DNA of 64,000 bases from Azolla caroliniana (Eukaryota > Plantae > Polypodiophyta). The translations under genes were made by a program, and so were the position numbers. Within the stretch, counting starts at the first letter, position 1; every line of letters begins with the position of its first letter. The notes beneath the pieces are model-generated. The model was not told the origin of the DNA. It saw only the letters and a list, made by a program, of their open reading frames with translations, and ran no database searches. The stretch spans positions 15,562,001 through 15,626,000 of the forward strand of contig JBHGNT010000004.1 in the NCBI GenBank assembly GCA_043228905.1, given 5' to 3'. Below, one piece after another: positions 1-12,906 of this stretch.

Positions 1-627
1 ACTGCCTTGATTGATATGTATGCCAAATGTGGTAGGCTCGATCAAGCTCATGAAGTGCTCGAAAAGCTACCCATTCGAGATGTTGTTGCTTGGTCAGCAC
101 TTATAACCGGGTATGCTGACCAAAAACAAGGTTATAAGGCAATCATTTGTTTTGAAAGAATGCAAAATGAGGGTCTCTTCCTTGATGAAGTTGCATTTTT
201 GTGTGTTCTCACTGCATGTGGTCGTTCTGGACTCTTGTCTGAGGCCGAAGTGGTGTTTGCGAACATGATAAAAAAATATGGCATTTTGCCAATGAAAGAG
301 CATCTTACTTGCATGATAATGACTCTTGGATGCCCAGGGGATTTTGATAAGACCATGTTGGTGATCAAATCAATGCCATGTTCACATCATTCGGCTGTTT
401 GGATTGCATTGTTGGGCGCATGTAAGAAATGGGGAAATTTGGAGCTTGGGATGTTAGCTTTTGATCGAGCAATACAACTTGAACACACTTGTGCCACTGC
501 CTATGTTTTGATGGGAGATATTTTTACTTTGTCGGGCATGCAAGAAAATGCCCAAAATATCGAATCCATGAGGTTTAAATATGCTTCTTCGGAGAAGGAC
601 CAAAAACTAATGAGTGGGTGGATGTGA
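1..627 (+). CDS. PLS-class pentatricopeptide repeat protein (E subclass), 3' part; 5' end outside the window
   Basis: Frame is open from base 1. PPR motifs ALIDMYAKCG, RDVVAWSALITGYA and FLCVLTACGRSG, then E-domain motifs AVWIALLGACKKWGNLELG and TAYVLMGDIF. No DYW domain. Intronless. Confidence 0.9.
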   Translation, partial: TALIDMYAKCGRLDQAHEVLEKLPIRDVVAWSALITGYADQKQGYKAIICFERMQNEGLFLDEVAFLCVLTACGRSGLLSEAEVVFANMIKKYGILPMKEHLTCMIMTLGCPGDFDKTMLVIKSMPCSHHSAVWIALLGACKKWGNLELGMLAFDRAIQLEHTCATAYVLMGDIFTLSGMQENAQNIESMRFKYASSEKDQKLMSGWM

Positions 628-1271
628 CTGGGGAGGTTCATTCAGTTTTTGCTAGGAAGGTTACACAAGGCATCATGAAAATGTGACATACAACGGTGAG
701 AGCAACTGCAACTAGAATATTGCCTATATGTGAATGGTCTACTATATGGACATAATGTGAACTGCATCTGCACTCACCAACACATACAATGGAGAAATCA
801 TACATATTATGGTTAATATGCATATCTGCCACAATTCCATATCGCCATGTCACTCACGTAGAGAACCTAACTGTAAATTATGTTGTAGATTGATACTATT
901 ATTGCAATAATAAAGAGTCCTATTGTGCGGTAACTCTTGGAAACCATGATTGCAAAAACAAGGATTTGTATAGTTGTAATATCGATACTGAGCATGTCCA
1001 ACATATGATGTGTTACTTGGGCCCATACATATATGTGTTCCCATTAATGATATTGTACATCCATGTAACGTATGTGTGTATAATCCTACTCAGTGCAATA
1101 AAACCATGTGCCTCTCATCAGCAACTCCTCCAAAGATTACTTTGTGGCTATTTAACATCCAAAGCTTTCTTTCAAAACATTTGATACATCAACTTAAAGA
1201 AGTTCCAGATTTCCTTGTTCCATTACGGCCAACCATTATTCGTGTTGTTCTGGCCTCATATTCCATGAAGT

Positions 1272-1835
1272 TTATTGTAGTAGACACTAAGTAAGAATGA
1301 GATCCATGATTTCAAGACTTGGACAATTATCTTGCAAGTTCCCACCTTGGTATAATTTACTACATTTCTCTGCCAACATTCCTGTGCTTCTAATGTTAAA
1401 AATACTCCAACCACAGAAGATGTTGGGAAGTATTTCAATAGTGCCTATGTTGAACTTTAAATGAGTATAAACAATCCTTTGTTTATCTATTGTCGCCCTT
1501 ACTCTCCAAAGAGATAGTACCCATTTACTTTATTGTAGTATTTCAATAGGCCTACCTTATTGTAGTAGACACTAAGTAAGAATGAGATCCATGATTTCAA
1601 GACTTGGACAATTATCTTGCAAGTTCCCGCCTTGGTATAATCTACTGCATTTCTCTGCCAACATTCCTGTGCTTCTAATGTTAAAAATACTCCAACCACA
1701 GAAGATGTTGGGAAGTATTTCAATAGTGCCTATGTTGAACTTTAAACAAGTATAAACGATCCTTTGTTTATCTATTGTCGCCCTTACTCTCCAAAGAGAT
1801 AGTACCCATTTACTTTTGTTTAGTTGGCCTACCTT
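1272..1835. repeat. Tandem duplication, ~285-bp unit x2
   Basis: TTATTGTAGTAGACACTAAGTAAGAATGAG starts at 1272 and again at 1557; the copies are near-identical over ~270 bp. Confidence 0.9.
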
Positions 1836-3320
1836 TCTATGAATTATGGGACCCACAATATGCTAATGCTAGAGTCTCTTATGAAGAATATTGTCGAACG
1901 AGCAGAAACTTGTGTCTATTAAGAATATCCGGGTAGGAGAAACTACAAACCTCGTGACCTCATTGCAAAGACTTAGGAGGCCAGTATAAGCAGTTCTTTA
2001 GTCGTTGAAATGAAGTCAGTTAACAATGCATATGTTTCTGAGTTTAAAACATTCATTGCATCATCATCTCCTAGCTTTTGCATGACTAGAGAGATGTGGA
2101 GAAAAGAATTGCTAGAATCTATAAGAGGCGAGTAAAGATATGAGAACACGATTATACGTGGGAACAAGGAGATTTCTAGTGAAAGAATAAACATCACCTC
2201 ATATCTTGTAGGATGAAAACAAACAAAGAATATATTGTTGACATTTATTGTCAGTTAGTACATATCTACAAAAATACTTTTAATTTGCCCATCAAAGTCC
2301 ACAATAGTAGTTCGCATACAAGATGTGGAGAAAAAGAATCCCATGCCTAATTACAACATCAACATTAGTGACCATGGCAAACTATGGTAAACTCACTTCA
2401 TAGTGCATCTAATGATTGCCTAGCCTAGTTGGAAAATGAGAAAGTGAAGACATCTACTAATTATAGCATGAAGATTGGTGTTCATGCCTACCTACTATGT
2501 TAATTTATCATTCTTTCATAATTTCAAATAAATAACAAATGAAAATCAAATTTATCATAACTTAAAATTTGACAATTGTGTACATATTATTAAAACAAAT
2601 ATGATCCAAATTGTTAAAATGATGACACAATTTTTCTATGAACAAAATGAAAGAGGTGGATGATTCTAATCTAGGAGATATGGTGGAGCCACCAATAAAG
2701 AAAATTGAGAGACTTCATTAGCTCATACTTTGCATAATTAGACTTCTTAGTGTTGGTGATGATGACTTTTTTCTTGCACAATCAAACCTTCAAGTGCCAA
2801 TCCTCTTCGTGTTGGAGATGGTAAGTCCATAAGAATCATTATATAGAAGAAGCCCCAATAATTGATTAACTTGTAACTATATCATCAATTATAGTCCCCA
2901 TGGATATAAAGTTGTTGTGATGTTGGTCATGTCTTCTACTATTGGAAAGTGATATGCCAATCACCTTAACCTCCCATATTGTTCATCCTCACCTAACATC
3001 TTGTTAGATATAATCAATTATCGGCCCCAAGTTGTAAATCTATCCCCATATGTTCTCTTAGAGTGCACATTTTGTGATAGTGCCCCAAATGAGGAGCGAC
3101 TAGTGTGCAACTCGACCATATGGGTCGGTAAGGTGTTAATCTAGGAAACCGTAGATGTGTAGGACACAATGGATTTAAGAAAGAGTGAAATAGGTAATAG
3201 GATTGGCTAATCAAGTCAACTAGAATATTTTGTGGGCAAGTTACAATGTACTTAGTCTTGAAGTATGTGTCATTGACTTCAAGATAAGCACTAGCCTATA
3301 TCTAGGGACTTGGGTCATAT

Positions 3321-3641
3321 TTGTCAGTAATAGTACTGAGAAGAGCGGAAATTAGTACTAAGAAATGAATATTAGTACTAAGACGAAAAGAGGGTGTAGA
3401 ACACTCGAGAGAAGGAGAGAGAGAGAGAGAGAGAGAATGATGATGACAACGATATATTATGTGAAAAGAATATACAAGGATGACTAGGAGGCTTAAAACT
3501 GGCGTTGAACCGATTTGCTTCGAAATAATGCCTTGTGCCTCCTTTTATAGTGTTCTTCCTGAAGTTTCCAGAATGTTCCAAAGAAATTTGGAATATACAT
3601 CAATTTTTTATAGTAAAACTATATTATCCTTCGTATTACAA
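3321..3641 (-). mobile_element. Putative solo-LTR-like insertion
   Basis: Flanked by CATAT (3316-3320, 3642-3646). Imperfect inverted ends TTGTCAGTAATA...TATTACAA, internal (GA)n and CTATAAAAGG on the minus strand. Ends are not a clean TG..CA. Confidence 0.4.
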
Positions 3642-3707
3642 CATATAGTTTAATGGTCAAGAGCTCAACATATGTAACATAAGGTCATGGGTTCGACTCT
3701 TGCCATA
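3642..3707 (+). other. Degenerate tRNA-like / SINE head
   Basis: A-box-like TAGTTTAATGG and B-box-like GGTTCGACTC at tRNA-like spacing; no convincing cloverleaf. Confidence 0.35.
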
Positions 3708-5040
3708 TCATGTCAATATTAAATGACAAGTCAGTTAACAAAGAATGAATATCTCCACTACTATGAACTGACTTGCACATTATACTTAGACCAAACATAG
3801 AATATAATCCACTTTTTTACACAGTGGTTGGATTGATCATCAGTCCCCACTAAATTTGTAGTGAGCTGGTCCAGATCCCATCTAAGCTCTAAAGTGTGAG
3901 TGCATGTAATAGAAGTTTTGTTTTCATATATCTATCTCTGTGGTTGTAACTCTATATACCTATCTAATCGATTCTCAATATTTCTAACACATCTCTATTA
4001 ATTTTTATTTGGAATAGATCCCCCCTCAAACCCTATAAAAGAGAGAGGAGAGCGAAGGTTAGCTTTAGAAGCTCTTCGTTTTGACATCTTTGCGTTAAGG
4101 TATAAATTTTTGGATTTTCCGCTTCGTCTCTACCTCCTCTTCTAATCTGGAGGGTTTCAATGTTCTTCACTACCAAGGGAACTTCTCGCATTCACAACTT
4201 AGAGAAAGGAAAGGGGACCGACTAGCTCAAAGAGGAGCTCTTGGTTTCAACATCATGGATGATCTTCTTTGCGTTAAGGTATAAATTTCTTTGACATGTT
4301 GAGATCTGATATTCCATTAAAACATGATTCACTAGGTTGTGTCTAAATTAGTTTTTAACATCTCAATGATAGCTTGGCTATAGTGTAGAAATAGCAATTC
4401 CAAAGGATTGTCAAATTTCTATAAGAAAACTTTCTTGTGATACCCCTAATAATAATCAGAATACTAGAACATGCATTCTGAAGATTTGGAAAGGTGAATA
4501 TCTATAATCGAGTTTGCATATCATTCATGTGATAATATTACTTGTCAAGCAGCGCTCGTATCTTTTGAAACCTTACTAATACATTTAAGTTGAATTGTCT
4601 GCAAACAACATTGATATAAAGTCTTCTGCATGCATTCATTTACCATAGGTCCACAATCATGTGAATAGGACATTTTTGGCTTGATGAAGATGCAGAGCGC
4701 CGGCCCCACATCCATTGTAGCTACTAAAGACCACTAACAAATTTATAATCCACTAACAACGTAAATATGTTTGTGTAGGTAAACAAATCATAACTTGAAT
4801 CAGAATATGTGTGTGTGCTTTGTATACATACATATATGCTTTTTGTATATTCATTGCATATAATCCATTGTCATCCATATAATCCACCCTTGTCCTCTCT
4901 TCTTATGTAGACGGAGACACAAATGGATATACTATTACAAACGAGAGAGAGAGAGATGTTTATGAATTCACTCTTGTAGTTTGCACCATACTAGTTAGAG
5001 TTTAAATATCAAGAAATGAGTTTCATGTTGTCCACAATAA

Positions 5041-5041
5041 T

Positions 5042-5121
<80 letters not shown>
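5041..5121. repeat. Compound microsatellite (TA)n(GA)n
   Basis: Directly visible. Confidence 0.95.
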
Positions 5122-5124
<3 letters not shown>

Positions 5125-7358
5125 TTTATAAATCTCGTTGTGCTACATGAATCTTGTTTCCTCCTCTAGATGATAAAGATTTGTGTGAATATAAAACATT
5201 TGCTCAACGTCTCTTTCACAAACAACTAATATCAGGCCCATCATTTCCCATATGGTGCTATGAACATACATATAGACTTAGAATTTTCATGGTTTTTTAA
5301 AGGGTTAGACATGTGGGTGACTCTTGTGTATGTGGCACACGACTTATAAGCTATGATTAGGTTACTCTTTTGAATGGTTAGGTTGGGTTGAAATTCTTGG
5401 AGCATAAAACACATCAAACAAAACTTGTTTTCTCTAGAGTATGCATAGGAAAGGACGTCAAGGTCAGGTCCAGAATCAAGTCTATTGGGAGCGATCGAGA
5501 TTGTGGTAAAAGTAGAGTTGACATAAGGTGTTTCTATACATGTCTTATTGTTTTTCCTTATCTACTTTTTCAATATATATTCAATGCATATTTTAACTTA
5601 TTCAACAATGTATGTATTTATTTCCATTCTTCTCTGTGCATGCATTGTTTGTCTCTTCTTCTCTTTTCTATGAGAATATATAAAAGATAATATGATAATG
5701 CATGCATTTATATTGCGGGGTTTCAAAAGCAAGAGGACGAGAATATGGAGGTATCACCGACAATGGAGATACACTAGCATGTCTTTGTCATAAGCAAAGA
5801 GTTTCAAATGAGACAATGCACATCAAGATGGATTTAATAGAAATACTCATAAAGAAGATAATACAACCGTTGAACACACTCATCAAGTAGAAGTTATTTA
5901 TAATCCACTAGATATTTTTTTAGGAATTTAACTGACTATTTATAATCCAAGCAAGTTGAGCTCTCGTTAGCCTTATCTTTGGAAATTGGATGTGAGGTGT
6001 ATGTATGTATAATACATTTTATTTGGACGTGATAATACATTTTATTTACACCGTTGAATGTTTTCCATAAAATCTTGAGTCACTCAAAAGTGTGCTGCCC
6101 ATTTTTAGAGTTGTACACAAGGCATGCCATTTGATAGTCAAATGAAATCAAAAGCTTTAATACTTAAGAGGAGTCTAGGACAAACAATAATGGTCTTTTG
6201 TTTTGTAACGCAAGGGTTGCATTTTGCACTCTAAGAATCTCAAGACTTCGTGGACTTCTAAAATTAACTAATACTTTTAAATTTTTCTCTAGGTTAGGTG
6301 ATGTAATCTACCCCTGCGTTGGATTACAACCAAGTTAGATCATCATTATCAGTACGTTAGAATATATTTACCAGGTTAGATGTGGGTTACAATATATTCA
6401 CCAAATTATATGCATCTCAATAGCCTGGTTAATTGGGTTAGATCGTCATCATAGCTAGGTTAAAGTATATTTTCTGGGTTAGAAATAATAGGCCTATGAT
6501 TTGCACTTTGCAATTGAATCTTGAAACATACCCTATATTGTCCATTTCACAATTCGCCTTGCTACTTCTAATTATTGTGTGATTATATAGATAGACACAA
6601 TCACATGCGTGTGATGAGTTTTGAGTCTTAACATTGGTGTGATTTTTTTATAAATTTGAAGAATGAAGTCAGACAATAACAAAACCTAGCACCTACGACA
6701 ATAAACTTTAAAGAAGATCATGAAACTTTTTAGTTATATGGTCACGGTTACGTGCACCCATAGTACGATACCAATAAATCAAAATCCTAATTTGGATCCT
6801 ACTGACACATAATGATCAATTTATACATCCATTTGTGGGCGGATTTGACTATCTTATTTCCAAGTGTATGTTACGGCAAAATTTGAGGCCAAGTTAATGG
6901 ATTTGTATACAAAAAATTGGAAATATCTATACCATAATCAACGATTTAGTGGTAAGGTATCACTAGATCATTGATTTGCATCTATACAAAAATTTGAACT
7001 ATCTGTACCATTATCAATGAGTTGTAAATTGTGTTCTAGGTACCAATATTTACGTAGTTAGTGACAAGGTATGGCCACATTAAGTGATAGATGGGAACCA
7101 AATTTATTATCATTCTGTCTTTATAATCTCCATGTTAGAGTAATCACACTTAACAAATTACAACTAGTAAGAATCGGCAAGAGTTCAGTTTGAGCTGAAT
7201 TAAATCATAAACCATAGCTTAGCATGTCTATTTCATTAAAAACAAATTGTAAACTATTTAGTTTGGCTTAAAAGTTAGGGTTAAAGGTTTAGTTTGAGTC
7301 TTTATTGAGTTAACGGTTTTTTAATTCTTTTGGCAGGCACAATGGAGGATATTATTAA

Positions 7359-7645
7359 GGGAAAAGTACCAAGATACCCCTGGAAGTTCGTCTATTTACC
7401 AGAAGGCCCCTGGAAGTTCCAAATTTACCAAACTACCCCTATGTCCAAAAAATTACGCTTTATAAAGTAATTATACACTCAAATCTTTGGTAAATAGGGC
7501 CAAGCCCTATTTACCAAAGATTTGAGTGTATAATTACTTTATAAAGCGTAATTTTTTGGACATAGGGGTAGTTTGGTAAATTTGGAACTTCCAGGGGCCT
7601 TATGGTAAATAGACGAACTTCTAGAAGTATCCTGGTACTTTTCCC
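7359..7645. mobile_element. Mutator-like (MULE) foldback MITE, 287 bp
   Basis: 142-bp arms (7359-7500 / 7504-7645, GGGAAAAGTACC...GGTACTTTTCCC) around a 3-nt CAA loop; 9-bp TSD TATTATTAA (7350-7358, 7646-7654). Confidence 0.92.
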
Positions 7646-8849
7646 TATTATTAAATATATAAATTATCTTGTATATAATCTTACTTTGAGGTTTCTTTTA
7701 AGTTTAAAAAAACTCTCCAAAAGTTAATAATAATAATAAAGTCAACTCGAGCTAAAACCAAACTACAACTTAATGGCATGTAAATTTTTTGAACAGTTAG
7801 GTTTAAGCCTCAAAAGTTTGGTTTGAATGGTTATGTCTTCACGGGTTCATGGTTTGGTTTGAAAGGTTTTGAGACTCCAAAACCAAATGAACCATTATGA
7901 TTGCTCCTTAAATCTATATTGAAGAGGCCAAATGTTAGTTGGGCATGTCTTCTGGATCTACTAATGATGAAACATTATTAATTATTATAGCCCAAATGGT
8001 AGGAGCCAAGGCATTCCTCTTACCTAAGTTTATTGATGAGGAAGAACATCACTGATGATTGATAGATATCTTGACAATTGAAAACCTTGATGTTGAAATG
8101 GACGATGAGGTGTGAGTTGCAAGAAATGCATAAAGTGGTTTATTAGATAATGATGTTTGTAGACAAGTTTTTCGCTTCTTTCCCCAAATTGAGAGAATTC
8201 AATGCAAGTTCCACAAACCAACATTTTGTTTTCTATTGGGCATCAAAAGCTAAGCCATCATGGATCTATTAATGATTGATTGAGAGAGAGAAAGAGAGAG
8301 AGAGAGAGGTGGCTCGTTTTATCATGGGGTTATTTGATGCCAAGACAGTGGGTGTTTGCACAATTAAGACAGGTTGACCTAAAATTAGAGATGGAGATCA
8401 TTTTCCTATTTTTGAGGTATTGAGGATTGAGTCATAATTGGGATATGCACAATGCTTTTATATCTAATGGTTGGCATGGAGTCAAAGAATATCTACAAAA
8501 GTTGAAGACAATAGTAATGTGTCAATTTTCTTTATCGGAGGAAGTGGAAATTCTTTACTCCGTGGAGTGTTCATTCAAACATGTTCCATTACCCATATAG
8601 TTAGTGAGTGACCATACTCCATCCACCACCCCCATAAATAAAAGATACAACATAGTCATGACTCATAATGTATAATGTGTGTGTGACGAAGAATATATGT
8701 AGAAAGAAGAAGAAAATAAAAACGAAACCCTAAAGCTGTGTAAAGGATGGATTGGAATAAAACGAAATTTCAATCCCTGCTTTTTTTAGGCACTTTCCAA
8801 ACAAGGAACAAAGAATAGGATAAAAGGAATTTTCCATCCAGGGCGAAGG

Positions 8850-9091
8850 GAGAGAGAGAGAGAGAGAGAAAGAGAAGAGGAGGTGCTGTGTGGATGTTGC
8901 GTTTTCGATGTTACAAGAGAAAGAAGAAGAAGAAGAAGAAGAAGAAGATGTGGTGTGGTGTGGTGTGTGTGTGTGTGTGTGTGTTGCTTGCAGGTAGTAG
9001 TCACCGGCGACATCAACGACAAAATAAAGGGAAAAGCGTTTCAGATTAAGCTGTACACATAAATAAACAGGGAGAGAGAGAGAGAGAGAGA
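8850..9091. repeat. Microsatellite cluster (GA)n, (GAA)n, (GT)n in the promoter/5' leader of the FAO gene
   Basis: Directly visible, 100-340 bp upstream of ATG 9186. Confidence 0.9.
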
Positions 9092-9185
9092 GCAGTTCGG
9101 ATCGAACGAAGAAGAACGGTGGGAGGAGGGAGGTATATGTAGTAAGTAAAGTAACATACATAAGAAAGTAGAAGACCATAATATC

Positions 9186-12028
9186 ATGGATGCAGGTGGG
9201 CATAAGAATAGCATGATGACCACCAGGAACAGAGTCTTCTCCAAGGAGCGCATGAGAGTTCTTATTGCTCTCTGCGAAGCCCTAATACCTTCTCTCCCCG
9301 TTATTAGTAGCCCTAACTCTAACTCTCAGATAATATCTGATTTTTACAAGCTCTCCGCATCTTCAGATGGCTTACCCCAACAAGTACGTGCGTTGTTGTA
9401 ATCCATAATGATTTATTTATGGAGAGATGGTTAATGTTATTCTATATATATAGTGTTATAAATACATCATACAAACAAACAAACATGTCTTGCACTTAAA
9501 TCAATTACCTATCTATATTTTTAGGTCGCCCATTGCATGGCCAAATATCTTCGGCCTGCGGATTTTGAGAAGATTGAGATGTTGTTGTGGATCCTGTCCA
9601 CACGTTTGGGGACTCTGGCACTCTCGGGGAAAAGATCTTCTTTGACATGTGATTACAAAGCCTTCCATCGCCTCCCAGTCACAGATCGTGAGAAAATCCT
9701 CCGGAACTGGACCCTTGGATCCCCTTTTTCGGCATTGAGACTTCCCTTTGTCTTATTAAAATTGTTCATTCTCCGAGAGTTCTATTCCAAGGTGCATTAT
9801 TTTGAATTTCCATTGATTGCCCAATGTTAGAAATGCTTCGATTTAATCTACAATAAAAACTTATTAACAGAAATGCAATGCTTAGTGACAAACCACAGAT
9901 TCATAATAAACTCAACAACGATGAAATGATCTGAATACAACCACACATAACATATATGTATGTATGTATTGGTAAATTATGTATCGTGGTCGATGTTCAG
10001 GTGGATGAATCTGGAAGGAATCTGATTGTTTGGCCGGCCATCGATTATTGCGGACCTGATCCCTTGCTCCTTAATATAACAGAACGAGACGAATGTGACA
10101 TGATCCTCGAGAGCCGAATTGTGGACATGACAAAGATCACCCCAAGAGGCAAACAAATACTCAGCACAGAGCTGGGCATGAAAGCGGTGAAGATGAGACC
10201 ACGTATTTGTACAACAAAGATAAGGAACGAGAAGAAAAAGAAAGAGAGGATGCTGACGAACATGAGGCTTGAAATGAAGGCGGATGTGGTGGTTATAGGG
10301 TCAGGGTGTGGAGGCTCGGTGGTCGCGGCAAAGCTTGCTGAGAAAGGATACAAGGTAGTAGTTATGGAGAAAGGGAAGTATGTCCCGCGTGTCGAGAACC
10401 GCCTCTTAGAGGGTGCCGCCTCTACAGATCTCTACGAGCTCGGCTCAAATCTCTCCACTGACGATCTGAGCGTGTTCATATTCGCGGGGGCCACTGTTGG
10501 CGGGGGATCAACCGTCAACTGGTCAGCAAGCTTCAAGACACCGGCCCATGTGCGGCGAGAATGGGCGGATCCCAATGGCCACCACAGGCTCCACCTCTTT
10601 GAGAGCGAGAGATATAGCCGAGCCATGGACGAGGTGTGCAAAAGGATGGGTGTCCAAGAAGAAGTGGAAGGTGGCCCAGCTGCAGAGAGTCTGGCTAATG
10701 CGATGCTTCGGAAAGGGTGTGAGAAGTTGGGGTTGGATGTTGGTTGGGTCCCGAGGAACGCGGGGCCCGATCACCTCTGCGGTTGGTGCGGCATGGGCTG
10801 CAAGAGCGGGGGCAAGATGTCCACGGGTCGCACTTGGTTGGTCGATGCCGCAAGCCGAGGGGCGCTCATCCTCTCGGGTTGCGAGGCCAGGAGAGTGAAG
10901 ATGGAGAGAACTGCTGCTAATGTTGCTGGGCCTGGTACGGAGCCCCCCCACATTATTTCTAGGAAGAAGAAGGAGATTCAGAAGAAAAGATGGAGAGCTG
11001 TGGGAGTGGTGGCCAGAGTTGTGGCGAGCAGGAGGAATGCTTCTCGGCTACTACTAGATGAAGGGGAGGAGGAGGAGGAAGAGGAGGAGGAGGAGGTGGA
11101 GGTGGAGGTTGATGTAGCGGCCAAGGTTGTAGTGGCTGCTTGCGGTGCCCTTTGGACGCCCCCGTTGCTATGCCGGAGTGGGCTTCGGAACAAACACATT
11201 GGGCGGCATCTTCGTCTCCACCCGGTCATGTTCTTGTGGGGTTACTTCCCGGACGCCCCTGATGACATGAAATCGTACCGAGGCGCCATCATGTCTTGCG
11301 TGTCTCGGGAGGCAGGCAACTGGAGCACATCAGGTTATGGGGCGTTGCTCATGGTCCCTGCCCTGCACCCTGGAGCCTTCGCCGCCGTCTCTCCCTGGCT
11401 CGGTGGCCGAGACGCCAAGGATACCATGCTCCGTTTCTCCAAAACCGCCTACCTCATCGCCATCACCCGCGACTCTGGGGAAGGCGGGCGCGTGTGGGAG
11501 GACAAGAAGAAGAACCTCCATATCTCCTACAAGGTGTCAGGGGCGGATGGAGAGCACATGCTGACGGCTACGGGCTACGGTCTCCGGATCCTGGCGGCAG
11601 CGGGGGCGGCCAGGATTGGAACCGGGAATGTAGATGGCGCCTCCCTGCACTTACAATCACACTCACACTCACACTCGTTGGGCCGCAAAAGCAGCAGTAG
11701 CAAAGAGGAAGAGGAAGAGGAAGAGAAGGTGAGGGAGTTTGCATGGCATGTTGGGCAGACGAGCTCCATAAGAAGGGCAAGGGGTGGAGGTGGCAACCGC
11801 ACGCTGCTGGCGTCGGCTCACCAGATGGGGTCGTGCCGCATGGGTTGTCGACCCACTTCCTCTGTCGTAGATCCCTCCGGCGAGACATGGGAGGCCAGCG
11901 GCCTCTTCGTGGCAGACACCAGCGTCTTCCCCACAGCGTCGGGCGTCAACCCCATGGTGACCGTTCAGTCCATCGCCCTTTGTATATCTCAATCCATTCT
12001 CCACTTCCTCCTCCAAACCTCTAGCTAG
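9186..12028 (+). CDS. FAO: Long-chain fatty alcohol oxidase (GMC oxidoreductase), 3 exons: 9186-9383, 9525-9791, 10001-12028 (~830 aa)
   Basis: GT-AG phase-0 introns join three ORFs in frame. Motifs ALCEALIPSL, LWILSTRLGTLALSG, FAD-binding VVVIGSGCGG, GATVGGGSTVNWSASFKTP, HLCGWCGMGC, HLRLHP, SAHQMGSCRMG, FPTASGVNPMVT. Confidence 0.93.
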
Positions 12029-12386
12029 CTACGATTTTAAAAAGGGTAGGTAGGAAGGAAGGAAGGAAGGAGCGGCCCCTACCCAATTTCTTCTCCTCCT
12101 TCCCTTCCCTTCCCTTCTTCTTCTCTGTGTATCTCCCGAGTCCCAAGTTCCAACAACCCTACATTATTATATTGGCATTGCCCAAATGCTCGCTCTCTCC
12201 TCACTTTTCCTCAAAACCAACCCCTATGTATGTATTTTATTATGTTAGTTACTAGGACTCTACTACTACTATGGCCATGGCCGCATGGCGCATATAAAAA
12301 GTTCTGACTTACATAATGAAGACCTCAACTCCTATCTCCTATCTATTATTAGCTTTTGTTCTTTTGAGCACACACTTCCATATGTA

Positions 12387-12505
12387 TACATACATATGTG
12401 CTTTACTCAGCAACATATTAATTAACATATACGTATGTGTTTTACTCGGCCACAAATTAATTAACATATATGTATGTGTTTTACTTAGCCACATACTAAT
12501 TAACA
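12387..12505. repeat. Minisatellite, 39-bp unit x3
   Basis: CATATAYGTATGTGTTTTACTYRGCCACA..TAATTAA recurs with period 39 (12387, 12426, 12465). Confidence 0.8.
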
Positions 12506-12906
12506 ATAAGACACATCGTGGATTTCTCGCTTCGTCTTTTGTCCTTCGAGAGAGGTAACAAGTGTATGTGTTAGTTGTTCTTATGGTGTTTGGAATGTTA
12601 GATAGAAAATCAATCATTTGTTTGCAGGGCCATCATGTTGATTTAAATTTTTCGATAATTTGTTCATGTTTTACTATTTGGTAAAATGGTGAGATTACAT
12701 AGCTTAAGTTTAAGTGGTAAGGTTGTGGCATTGAGACTAGAAGGTCATGAGTGGAAAACCCTTACATTTTCGTTTAGCATCTAGTAAAGCAAAGCATTAA
12801 GTGAAATTCGATTGTTACGGATCCACCCTTCCCTTCTTCATAGTTATTTAAAAAGAGAGAGAGAGAGAGAGAGAGAGAAACTAACTACGACCCTAGTAGT
12901 ACTAGG

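Noticed and set aside
6290-6490. Recurrent GGTTAG motifs as DNA-transposon subterminal repeats
   Set aside because: No TIR pair or TSD located.
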